From the NCBI GenBank assembly GCA_018813025.1, contig JAHJCL010000037.1, positions 1 to 62,159 of the forward strand: 62,159 bases of DNA, given 5' to 3'. The position numbers and the translations under genes were made by a program. Origin of the DNA: Patescibacteria group bacterium. GTDB taxonomy: Bacteria; Patescibacteriota; Minisyncoccia; Minisyncoccales; DG-74-3. Shown one piece after another: positions 29,432 to 39,036 of the stretch. Under the pieces are notes generated by a model that saw only the letters and a list, made by a program, of their open reading frames with translations, did not search any database and had not been told where the DNA came from. The first letter of the stretch is position 1; each line of letters opens with the position of its first letter.

Positions 29432-30079
29432 ATGACTTTAGATTTAGAAAAACTTAACAAAGAGCAAAAAGAAGCGGTTATGCACGGAGATGGTCCGCTT
29501 TTAATTGTGGCTGGAGCTGGAACCGGAAAAACAACGGTTATTACCCAAAGGATTGTTTATTTAATTGAAAAAGAAAAAGCCACAACAGAAGAAATTTTAG
29601 CTGTTACCTTTACTGAGAAAGCAGCTGAAGAAATGGAAGAAAGAATTGATAAACTTTTATCCTACGGCTATGTTGATTTATGGGTTTCAACTTTTCATTC
29701 TTTTTGCGAAAGAGTGTTAAGGGACCATGCTTTAGACATCGGTCTTCCGGCTGATTTTAAAATTTTAGACCAGACAGCCAGTTGGCTTTTAATACGCCAA
29801 AATTTAGACAAATTTAATCTTAATTATTATAAACCGTTAGGTAATCCGACTAAGTTTATTCAGGCTTTGATTTCTCATTTTTCTCATTGCAAAGACCAGG
29901 AAGTTTATCCGGAACGTTATTTGGAATATGCTGACAAATTAAAGACCAATTTAAGCGATTTACCCGAAAATCAGGAATCAGAAAGATTAAAAGAAGTTGC
30001 CAATGCTTATCATATTTATCAAAATCTGCTTTTAGAAAACAGCTCTTTAGATTTTGGCGATTTAATAACTATTGTTTAA
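29432..30079 (+). CDS. UvrD/PcrA-like helicase, N-terminal fragment (frame broken near 30067)
   Basis: LNKEQKEAV, Walker A AGAGTGKT, TFHSFC. Ends ...LDFGDLITIV*, but the helicase continues in the -1 frame. Confidence 0.85.
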   Translation: MTLDLEKLNKEQKEAVMHGDGPLLIVAGAGTGKTTVITQRIVYLIEKEKATTEEILAVTFTEKAAEEMEERIDKLLSYGYVDLWVSTFHSFCERVLRDHALDIGLPADFKILDQTASWLLIRQNLDKFNLNYYKPLGNPTKFIQALISHFSHCKDQEVYPERYLEYADKLKTNLSDLPENQESERLKEVANAYHIYQNLLLENSSLDFGDLITIV

Positions 30080-30099
30080 AGTTATTTAAGCAAAGACCG

Positions 30100-33000
30100 T
30101 TGATTTTAAAAAAATACCAAGAAAAATTTAAATATATTTTAGTTGATGAATTTCAAGATACCAATTGGGCCCAATATGAACTAATAAAGGTTTTAGCGCA
30201 GCCGAATAATAATCTGACTGTCTGCGCTGACGATGATCAATGTTTGCCGGGTAATTCCGAAATAGAGGTTTTTGAAAAAGGGAAGATAATAAACAAGAAG
30301 ATAAAAAACATTAAAATTGGTAGTGATGTATTGACAGCAATTGGAAAGGGTCATGTAGGGGTTGCGAAAGTAAAAAATGTTTTTATCAGAAACAAGGAGG
30401 CAAAAATATTAACTGTTAAAACAGAAAATGGTTATTCGGTAAGCGTGACAGATAATCATAAAATGTTTTGTTGCGTTCCAAGAACTGCTCAACAAGGTTA
30501 TCATTATGTTTATTTAATGTTTAGAAAGAATTTGGGGTGGAGAATAGGGGTAACCGATGATTTAATTCTGCGGCTTAGATTAGAACGTTCAGCAGATAAG
30601 ATTTTAGCGATAAGAGCTTTTAATAGCGATTCTGAAGCCAGATATCATGAAACATTATGGTCATTGAAGTATGGAATACCTACAAGCTGCTTTAAGAGCA
30701 GAGAAAATATTGTGATTAAAGAAGATGTATTGGTTAAATTATATAAAGAAATTGATGTTGAAAATAATATACAGAGATTAGCTCAAGATTTAAATATTGA
30801 GATAGACTCGCCCCATTATTGCCTAGATGCTGTTAATCGTGGAAGAAGCGTTAGGATAATTATCAATTTACAAATGTGTTATAGGAATTATCGAAGCAAA
30901 GACCATGTTAGAAGCGGTAAAACTTTACTTCTGAATGGCTTAATAAGACATAGGCTTTATTTAGAAACATCAGATAAGCAAATTATTAAGAAGCTGGAAA
31001 CAGCAGGATATATTCTTCATAAAGCGAAGAAGGGAATGAAATTAAACATAGAGGGAGATAATATAAAATATCTTGAAGAAAAGGCAAGAGTAATAGAAAA
31101 AATTACAGGCGGATTTATAGAATATAAATTTAATGTTGCAAGTAAGTATAGTAAGGCTTCAAACAATACGCGAAATTATATGTCTTTGATTATGCCTGCA
31201 AAAAATTTAGTTTTAGGGCATTATCTTCCAGTAAAAAAAGGCGCCGAAATAATTTACGATAAAATAATTTCAATCAAAGAAGTTGATAAAAAAATAAAAG
31301 TATATGATTTGGAAATTAATAGAACACATAATTTTATAGCTAACGGAATAGTGGTCCACAATTCTATCTATAGGTGGAGAGGAGCATCTTATAGCAATAT
31401 TATTCAATTTAAAAAAGATTTTCCTGATGCCAAACAAGTGTCATTGGTAAGAAATTATCGTTCTACTCAAAATATTTTGGATTTATCCTATAAATTTATA
31501 AAAGCCAATGATCCTGACCGTTTGGAATATATTAATAAAATTAATAAAAAGCTTATTGCTGAAACCAAAGAACAAGGAATCGTTGAACACATTCACGCTA
31601 AAACTATAGATGAAGAGGTTTTAAAAACAATTAATAAAATTTTAGAAATTCTTAAAAAAGATAAAGAAGCCAGTTATAACGATTTTGTTATTTTAGTTAG
31701 AGCCAATGACGCAGCTAATGCTTTTACTAGGGCGTTAGAAAGGGCTGGGCTTCCTCATCAGTTTTTAGCTTCAAGGGGGCTTTATTCAAAACCAATTATT
31801 TTAAATATCATCGCCTATTTTAATCTTCTGGATAATTATCATGAAAGCCCGGCGGTTTATAGAATTTTAAATCTGCCGTTTTTGGAAATTTTATATGAAG
31901 ATATAGTTAAGCTCACCCAATACAGTCATTACAAAACTAAGTCTCTTTATGAAGCCATAGGAGAGATTTCTTTGATTTCGGGAATTTCTTTAAAAACCCA
32001 AGAGAAAATAACTTTTATAATGAGCTTAATTCAAAAGCATAGCGCTATGGCTCGTGGGAAAGCAGTGTCAGAAATTCTAGTTGCCTTTTTGGAGGATTCC
32101 GGCTATTTAAAATATTTGACTGACAAAGAAGACAAGGAGCAAATTGATCTACTTAATCAGTTTTATAAAAGAATTAAAGCCTTTGAAGAAACAACGATTG
32201 AGCCGACTTTAAGAAATTTTATGGAAGAAATAAATTTTGAATTAGAATCTGGTGAACAAGGAAAACTTGAATTTGACCCGGAACAGGGACCAGACATGAT
32301 TAAAGTTATGACGATTCATGGAGCTAAGGGTTTGGAGTTTAAATATGTTTTTTTAGCAAATATGGTTGATAAAAGATTTCATACTATTGAAAGAAAAGAT
32401 TTGATTGAATTACCCGATGAATTGATAAAAGACATTAAACCAACCGGCGATATTCATTTACAGGAAGAAAGAAGAATTTGCTATTTGGCTATGACTAGAG
32501 CAAAAAAAGAACTTTATTTCACGTCAGCTCAAGATTACGGCGGACTTAGAAAAAAGAGAATATCCCGTTTTTTAATTGAAATGGGTTATGTTGATACCGC
32601 ACAATATGGAATTAAGGAAAAAGGAGTATTGGCTAAGAATAATTCTTCAGAAAAATTAAAATCCAAAATAGATATAGGTCATTTACCAAATCATTTTTCC
32701 TTTTCCCAATTAGCGGCTTTTTCCAAATGTCCGCTTCAATATAAGTTCGGGTTTATTCTAAAAGTTCCAATCAGAGGGAAAGCTGTTTTCTCTTTTGGAA
32801 AAACAATGCACGCTACTTTACAGGATTTTTTAAAGCAAGTTAATGAAGAAGGTAAAACTAAACAGAGCGATTTGTTTGGCTTTCAAAATAAGAAAAAATT
32901 ATCATCTGTAAAAACTCCGGAAGGGCTTGCTAGTTTCGACAATTTAATTGAAATTTATGAGAAGAATTGGATTGACGAGTGGTATGAAAGTAAAAAACAA

Positions 33001-33492
33001 AAAGAAGAATACTATAAATTAGGCAAAAGAATTATTAAAGATTTTTATGCCGAATTTCTAAAGAATCCGCCCAAAATTTTAAAGATTAATAATGTTTTAG
33101 CTTTAGAAATGCCATTTAATTTGAAAATCGGCGATTATACCTTATTCGGAGTTATTGACAGGATCGATGATTTAAAAGACGGAGTGGCAATTATTGATTA
33201 CAAAACAGGAAAAACGAAAGATAAATTAGAAGTGAGTGACAAAGATCAATTATTAATTTATCAAATAGCTGCTGAAGAAGTTTTGAAAATCAAGCCTAAA
33301 GAATTGAGTTATTATTATTTGGAAAATGGACATAGAGCCACTTTTTTAGGAGATGAGAAAGAAAAAACTCAACAGAAAGAAAAAATAATCAAAGAAATCG
33401 AAGAAATAAAAAAGAGTAATTTTAAAGCAACTCCGGGTTGGCAATGTTCTTATTGTGATTTTAAAGATATTTGTGATTCTGCTCAAAGATAA
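30100..33492 (+). CDS. UvrD/PcrA-like helicase with C-terminal PD-(D/E)xK, Cas4/AddB-like Fe-S nuclease domain; contains an intein
   Basis: [11 protein letters not shown], DDDQ|intein|[27 protein letters not shown]. Nuclease: FSKCPL..., DRID...IIDYKTGK, and [10 protein letters not shown]. This reading frame is already open from about 30001, and the sensible junction with the upstream fragment is at 30067. Confidence 0.85.
   Translation: [1130 protein letters not shown]
30241..31362 (+). mobile_element. intein (374 aa) inserted in helicase motif III
   Basis: Starts Cys ([10 protein letters not shown], block A). Contains TDNHKMF (block B, TxxH). Ends [21 protein letters not shown], followed by Ser+1 (SIYRWRGA). 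Removing it restores ...[15 protein letters not shown]. Confidence 0.85.
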
Positions 33493-34709
33493 TGGAAACA
33501 GATAAGTTGATTATGAATATGGAAAATAATAAAAAGATTTTTTCTGTTTCTGAATTCATTAAGCTTTTAAATATAGGACTAAAGAGGTCTCAAGCTAAAA
33601 TTATTGGAGAGGTGAGTGAGGCAAAAATCGGTCCAACCGGTCACGTCTATTTTTCTTTAAAAGACGAGGTTGATGGAAGTGTAATGAATTGTATAATTTG
33701 GAAATATAACTACGGCCTTTACGGTATTAAATTAGAAGTCGGAATTAAAATTATAGCTTCGGGTAATCCTGAAATATATGCTCCATCAGGTCGATTATCT
33801 TTTATAGCTCAAACGATCGAATTGGCCGGAGAAGGGGCTTTAAAAAAAGAATACGAACAGTTAAAGAAAAAATTAACCGAAGAGGGAATTTTTGCTGAAG
33901 AGAAAAAAAGACCTATTCCGGTTTATGCTCAAAAAATTGGGTTAATCACGTCAAAACAAGGAGCTGTTTTGTCTGATTTTTTAAATAATATCGGGAAGTA
34001 TAATTTTCAAATCAAAATGATTGATTCCAGGGTTGAAGGTCAGGATGCAGTGACCGATCTTTTGGCATCTATTAAAACATTTAAAAAACAAGATATAGAT
34101 GTTTTAATAATAATGAGAGGGGGAGGATCTTTAGAATCAATGATGGCTTTTAATAATGAATTATTAGTCAGAGAAGTGGCTAATTTTCCAGTTCCGGTTA
34201 TTGCGGCAATCGGTCATGACAAAGATGTTCCGTTAGTTGCTTTGGCAGCTGATTTGGCAGTTTCTACACCTACTGCGGCAGCTCCCGTTATCAATAAGTC
34301 CTGGAATGAAGCCAAGTGGCTATTAGAAAGATACCAAAGAGATATTATTAATAAATATGAGGAAATTTTAAATAATGCAAGTTCTCTGATAAGCCGAATA
34401 CTTGATAGCGCCCGCAATGCTTTATTGAATATCGGCCGTGAATTGAAAAATTTATTAAATAAATCTTTATCCGGATTCGAAGAATTATTATTAAGAGTTG
34501 ACCAAAAATTAAAGTATGCTGAGAAATTAATCAATTTAAATAATCCCGAGCGTCAGCTTCTTCTTGGTTACAGTATTGCCATGATAAACGGAAAAATAGT
34601 CAGGAAAACAAAAGATTTTAAAATAGGGGATAATATAAACTTAAGGGTCTCTGACGGAGTAATTATTTCTCAAGTTGATAAAATAAATAATAATAAAAAA
34701 AATGGCTAA
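33492..34709 (+). CDS. xseA: exodeoxyribonuclease VII large subunit
   Basis: OB-fold N-terminus (FSVSEF...IIGEVSE...GHVYFSLKD), IGLITSKQGAV, and RGGGS. Followed by xseB. Confidence 0.85.
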   Translation: METDKLIMNMENNKKIFSVSEFIKLLNIGLKRSQAKIIGEVSEAKIGPTGHVYFSLKDEVDGSVMNCIIWKYNYGLYGIKLEVGIKIIASGNPEIYAPSGRLSFIAQTIELAGEGALKKEYEQLKKKLTEEGIFAEEKKRPIPVYAQKIGLITSKQGAVLSDFLNNIGKYNFQIKMIDSRVEGQDAVTDLLASIKTFKKQDIDVLIIMRGGGSLESMMAFNNELLVREVANFPVPVIAAIGHDKDVPLVALAADLAVSTPTAAAPVINKSWNEAKWLLERYQRDIINKYEEILNNASSLISRILDSARNALLNIGRELKNLLNKSLSGFEELLLRVDQKLKYAEKLINLNNPERQLLLGYSIAMINGKIVRKTKDFKIGDNINLRVSDGVIISQVDKINNNKKNG

Positions 34710-34932
34710 AGAAAAAATAAATTCAAAAAATCTAAATAATAACTTAAAGCGTTTATCGGAAATTAGCGAATGGTTTGATAATCAGGATGAAATAGATGTT
34801 GAAGAGGGATTGAATAAAGTTAAAGAGGCGGTTAAGTTGATTAAAGTAAGCCAGGAAAGATTAAAAGGAATCAAAAACGAATTCGAGGAAATTAAAAAAG
34901 AAATAGGAGTAGAAGATATTTTAGAGTCATAA
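34702..34932 (+). CDS. xseB: exodeoxyribonuclease VII small subunit
   Basis: 76-aa helical protein (LKRLSEISEWFDNQDEIDVEEGLNKVKEA) overlapping the xseA stop by 8 nt. Confidence 0.75.
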   Translation: MAKEKINSKNLNNNLKRLSEISEWFDNQDEIDVEEGLNKVKEAVKLIKVSQERLKGIKNEFEEIKKEIGVEDILES

Positions 34933-34936
34933 TCAT

Positions 34937-35605
34937 ATGGATTTGAAAGTATTATATGAAGATAATCATTTAATCGCAGTTTTTAAGCCAACTGGAATTT
35001 TGACTCAAAGAGATAAAAGCAACGATTCGTCCTTAATGGAAGAAGTCAAAGAGTATTTGAGAGAAAAATATCAAAAACCCGGTAATGTTTTTTTGGGGCT
35101 TTTACACCGATTAGACAGGCCGGTTTCAGGAATTGTTCTTTTTGCCAAAACCAGTAAAGGCGCTTCCAGACTATCTGAGCAAATCAGAAATCACCAAACA
35201 ATAAAAACATACCAAGTTATTGTTATTGGTAAGCCCAAAAACAATCAAGCTACTCTGATAGATTATTTAAAAAAAGATAAAGAGAGGAACAGGGTTGTTT
35301 TGTCTAAAGATCCGAAAAGGGGTTTTGAAAAAGCAGAGTTAGAATACGAAACAATTAATTCCAATAAAAAATATTCATTATTAAAAATTAATCTTAAGAC
35401 TGGTAAGCCACATCAAATTAGGTCTCAATTAGCTTCAATCGGCTGTCCAGTTGTCGGCGATGTAAAATACGGAGCTAAAACCACTTTAGCCGACAAAAGT
35501 ATTATGCTCTGCGCAACTGATTTGGAATTCAAATTAGCCACCAAGCAAGATGTTTATAAAATTTCCATAACTATCCCCAAGAAGTGGAAAAATATGTTAA
35601 AATAA
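34937..35605 (+). CDS. RluA-family pseudouridine synthase
   Basis: HRLDRPVSGIVLFAKT (catalytic Asp motif) and KPHQIRSQL. Confidence 0.85.
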   Translation: MDLKVLYEDNHLIAVFKPTGILTQRDKSNDSSLMEEVKEYLREKYQKPGNVFLGLLHRLDRPVSGIVLFAKTSKGASRLSEQIRNHQTIKTYQVIVIGKPKNNQATLIDYLKKDKERNRVVLSKDPKRGFEKAELEYETINSNKKYSLLKINLKTGKPHQIRSQLASIGCPVVGDVKYGAKTTLADKSIMLCATDLEFKLATKQDVYKISITIPKKWKNMLK

Positions 35606-35657
35606 TTGAATTCGAAAATAGTTTGCTTAAAAATTACTAGTAATTTATACTAAATTA

Positions 35658-37055
35658 ATGGTCAAAAACAAAACAAAAAAAATAGCCAGTAAAGCTCCTG
35701 TAAAGATAAGGCCTCCTCAATTAAAAAAGATAAAAATCAGAGTGATTGGTTTAGGCGGAGGTGGAAGTTCAATTGTTTCGGAATTAGCCTCTCGTATGAA
35801 AAGAATAAGTTTTGTCGTAGCTGATACCGACAGCCGGGCTTTAAGAGTTGCCAGTAAAAAAACGCTTCATTTTCAGTTTGGCATGGAGTTAACTAAAGGA
35901 TTAGGAACTGGTATGAATCCGGAATTAGGCCGAGAAGCGGCAATAGCTGATAAAGAAAAAATAAAAAAATTATTAACTGGATATGATTTCTGCGTTATCG
36001 TTACTTCATTAGGTGGCGGAGTCGGGTCGGGTGCAGTTCCTATTTTTTCTAAAATATCTAAAGAATTGGGTAATGTCACTTACGGTATTTTTACTCTGCC
36101 TTTCAAGTTTGAAGGTGAAAAGAAAATGGAGATTGCCCGACAATCTTTATCTAAACTAAAATCAAAGGTAGATATTTTTTCAGTTATTCCCAATGAAAGA
36201 ATTTTTCAGATAATTGATAAAAAGACACCGTTGAAAAGCGCATTGTCAATTATTAATAATAGTTTGGCCGAAGGGTTAGAAGGTTTAATTGATATGATTT
36301 ACACTCCCGGGTTGATAAATATTGATTTTGCTGATTTTAAGACAATTTTGTCTGACCAGACTGTTAGTCGAAGAAGAACCAGTGGTAAATTAGCTTATTT
36401 AAATACAGTGGCAATTTCCCATAAAAAAGACAACACCAAAGATTTAATTGAAAAGATTCTTTATAATCCTTTGTATCCTTATACTATTAATGGTGCTAAT
36501 GGAATCCTTTTAAATATTGGTGGAGAAAAGGATCTTACTTTAACCGAAGTTAATAGGGTATTAAAAACTATTTCCGGATTATCAAATAAAGAAGCTAAAA
36601 TAATATTTGGAATTGCCCAAGACAAAAAATATTCGGGAGTGATTAAAACAACACTGATGGCAGTAGGTTGTAAGAATAAGATGTTTCCGTCAGCCAGAAC
36701 TCCCCGAGCATTAGTTAAAAAAAACAAAGTGCTACCAATTATCAGTCCAGAAAGTAAATCCGAAGAAAAAGAAGTTGAAAAACCGATTCAAAAAAAGATA
36801 GTTGTAAAAATAAAGAAAAATCCAAAAAAGAAAAAGAATATCGAAAAAAATAAAAAAATTAACATACCATCTAAGAAGAAAGAAACTCCTATTCAGAAAA
36901 GCAGAATAAAAATTCCTGTTATTGTTAAACAAATAGAAGACGTTAAAGTCAGGAAAAATGCTTTACAAATCAGAAAGGAAATGGAAGAAGAAGAAAAGGA
37001 AATATTAGAAAAAGAAAAATTTTGGGAAACTCCAGCTTTTTTAAGAAGAAAATAA
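35658..37055 (+). CDS. ftsZ: cell-division GTPase FtsZ with long Lys-rich C-terminal extension
   Basis: GLGGGGSS, GLGTGMNPELGREAA, and SLGGGVGSGAVP (tubulin signature). C-terminal K-rich linker and terminal FLRRK. Confidence 0.85.
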   Translation: MVKNKTKKIASKAPVKIRPPQLKKIKIRVIGLGGGGSSIVSELASRMKRISFVVADTDSRALRVASKKTLHFQFGMELTKGLGTGMNPELGREAAIADKEKIKKLLTGYDFCVIVTSLGGGVGSGAVPIFSKISKELGNVTYGIFTLPFKFEGEKKMEIARQSLSKLKSKVDIFSVIPNERIFQIIDKKTPLKSALSIINNSLAEGLEGLIDMIYTPGLINIDFADFKTILSDQTVSRRRTSGKLAYLNTVAISHKKDNTKDLIEKILYNPLYPYTINGANGILLNIGGEKDLTLTEVNRVLKTISGLSNKEAKIIFGIAQDKKYSGVIKTTLMAVGCKNKMFPSARTPRALVKKNKVLPIISPESKSEEKEVEKPIQKKIVVKIKKNPKKKKNIEKNKKINIPSKKKETPIQKSRIKIPVIVKQIEDVKVRKNALQIRKEMEEEEKEILEKEKFWETPAFLRRK

Positions 37056-37161
37056 GAACCTTTCGCTTCGCTTAAGAACCTTGTTTTCTTACTTCGTTTA
37101 AAAATAAGCAAGCTTGATTTCTCGCTACGCTCGAAATTAAAAATTGAATAGATTGATTACT

Positions 37162-37192
37162 CCAATGGGAGATATTCCCATTGGTTTGTTTT
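37162..37192 (+). terminator. rho-independent terminator downstream of ftsZ
   Basis: ccaatggga / tcccattgg 9-bp stem with a 5-nt loop, then tttgtttt. Confidence 0.6.
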
Positions 37193-37246
37193 AAAATCAA
37201 AAAATTTTGTGTTAAAATAGCAGAATAACCAACAAATATTAAATAT

Positions 37247-38119
37247 ATGATTCAAGTAGATCAAAAAATTCTTAAGAAACTTTTTCCTTTAAGACCGGAA
37301 GGTGTCTACTTTCATAAATATAGTTTCGGATTTTTATTGGTAATCGGAGGAGGGGAATTCTATTCCGGTCCTCCAGCCCTTTCAACTATGGCGGCTTTGG
37401 CTTCAGGGGTAGATAGAGTTGAAGTTTTAGCTCCTAAAAGAGCAGCTGACCTTATAGCTTCTTTTTCGCCTAATTTTATTACTTTTCCATTGGAAGGAAT
37501 AAGGTTGGAGAAAAAGCATTTATCAACTCTTTTAACGTTTACTAAATCAGCTCAAGAAGTGGCTAAAGGCAACGCAGCTGTTCTAATCGGAGGAGGAATG
37601 GGCAGGTCAGAAGAGACCAAAGAAGCTATCTTCGAATATCTTACCCAAATAGATATTCCGACTGTCATTGATGCTTCAGCTATATTTGCATTAGAAAAAG
37701 ACCCGGAAATTATCAAAGATAAGCCATTTTTGATTACTCCTCATAGCTTTGAATTCTTTACCTTAACTAAAAAAGATATTCGCAATCTTTCTCACGAAGA
37801 AAAAATTAAAATAGTCCAACAAGAAGCAGCTCGATTGAAAACTACTATTTTATTGAAAGATAAACCGGATATTATTTCTAACGGTCAAGAAGTGGCTTTA
37901 AATAAATTCGGAAGTCCTTATATGTCAGTTGGTGGAACTGGTGACACTCTAGCTGGAATTTGCGGAGCATTACTATCGCGTCAGATTAATCCTTTTGAGG
38001 CTGCCCAAGCCGCCGCTTTTATTAATGGTAAAGCCGGTGAATTGGCTGCGGAAGACTTAAAAGAAAGTTTATTAGCGACTGATTTAATTAACAAAATCAG
38101 TAAGGTTCTACATTTATGA
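37247..38119 (+). CDS. nnrD: NAD(P)H-hydrate dehydratase (YjeF C-terminal/carbohydrate-kinase fold)
   Basis: HKYSFG..LVIGGG, ITPHSFEF, GGTGDTLAG. Confidence 0.75.
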   Translation: MIQVDQKILKKLFPLRPEGVYFHKYSFGFLLVIGGGEFYSGPPALSTMAALASGVDRVEVLAPKRAADLIASFSPNFITFPLEGIRLEKKHLSTLLTFTKSAQEVAKGNAAVLIGGGMGRSEETKEAIFEYLTQIDIPTVIDASAIFALEKDPEIIKDKPFLITPHSFEFFTLTKKDIRNLSHEEKIKIVQQEAARLKTTILLKDKPDIISNGQEVALNKFGSPYMSVGGTGDTLAGICGALLSRQINPFEAAQAAAFINGKAGELAAEDLKESLLATDLINKISKVLHL

Positions 38120-39036
38120 TTTACGATTTAATTATTATTGGCGGCGGTCCGGCCGGAATAACTGCCGGAATTTATGCAATGCGTCAGAGGTTAAACGCTC
38201 TTTTAATCACTAAAAATTTTGGTGGACAGATTAATAAAAAAGCAGTAGCAATTGGAAATTATCCTGGATTTGATAAAATTTCCGGAGCAGAACTGATTAA
38301 AAAGTTTAAAAATCATTTAAAAAAAACAGGCATTAAGATTGAGAAAAGTAAGGTAAATAAGGTAGAAAAAGACGGAGATGTTTTTTTGATTTTTATTGAA
38401 GGCGGTCAGAGTTTTAAATCCAAGGCGGTTATTATTGCTTCGGGATCAGATCCCAGACCACTGGAAGTAGCCGGAGAAAAAGAATTTTTAGGTAAAGGAG
38501 TCAGCTATTGTCCTTTGTGCGACGGCCCATTGTTTAAGAATAAAAATGTAGCTATTATTGGCAGTGGTAATTCTGCTTTTGAAACAGCTATTTTTTTGAG
38601 CAATATCGTCAATAAAATTTATATTTTAGAATGCGGCCCCCAGGTTAAAACATTTATTGATAATCAGGAAATTATTAAAAAAACCAATAAAGCCAAGGTT
38701 ATTGTTAATGCCGCTCTTAAAGAAATTCAAGGAGATAATTTTGTTAAATCAATAATTTATCAGGATAAAGAAACAGCTAAGGAAAAAATATTGAAAGTTG
38801 ATGGTGTTTTTGTGGAAATAGGGTATTTGCCAGCCACCTATTTTGTTAAGGATTTGGTTGATTTTAGTGAGAGAGATGAAATATTAACCGATCCTAATAA
38901 TTCTCAAACAAGAACATTGGGGCTTTTTGCTGCCGGTGATGTTAATGTCGGTAAGTATAAGCAAATTATTACTGCTTGCGCTGAAGGAGCAACTGCTGCT
39001 TTATCGGCTTTTGAATATTTAAAAAAACAGAAATGA
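38116..39036 (+). CDS. trxB: thioredoxin-disulfide reductase
   Basis: IIGGGPAG, redox-active CPLCDG, GSGNSA, AAGDV. Confidence 0.85.
   Translation: MIYDLIIIGGGPAGITAGIYAMRQRLNALLITKNFGGQINKKAVAIGNYPGFDKISGAELIKKFKNHLKKTGIKIEKSKVNKVEKDGDVFLIFIEGGQSFKSKAVIIASGSDPRPLEVAGEKEFLGKGVSYCPLCDGPLFKNKNVAIIGSGNSAFETAIFLSNIVNKIYILECGPQVKTFIDNQEIIKKTNKAKVIVNAALKEIQGDNFVKSIIYQDKETAKEKILKVDGVFVEIGYLPATYFVKDLVDFSERDEILTDPNNSQTRTLGLFAAGDVNVGKYKQIITACAEGATAALSAFEYLKKQK

Noticed and set aside
37054-37140. Direct repeat AAGAACCTT (37054 and 37074) and tcgcttcgct/tcgctacgctcg-like motifs after ftsZ.
   Set aside because: The repeats are short and imperfect, with no convincing secondary structure or ORF. The only solid element in this spacer is the terminator at 37162..37192.
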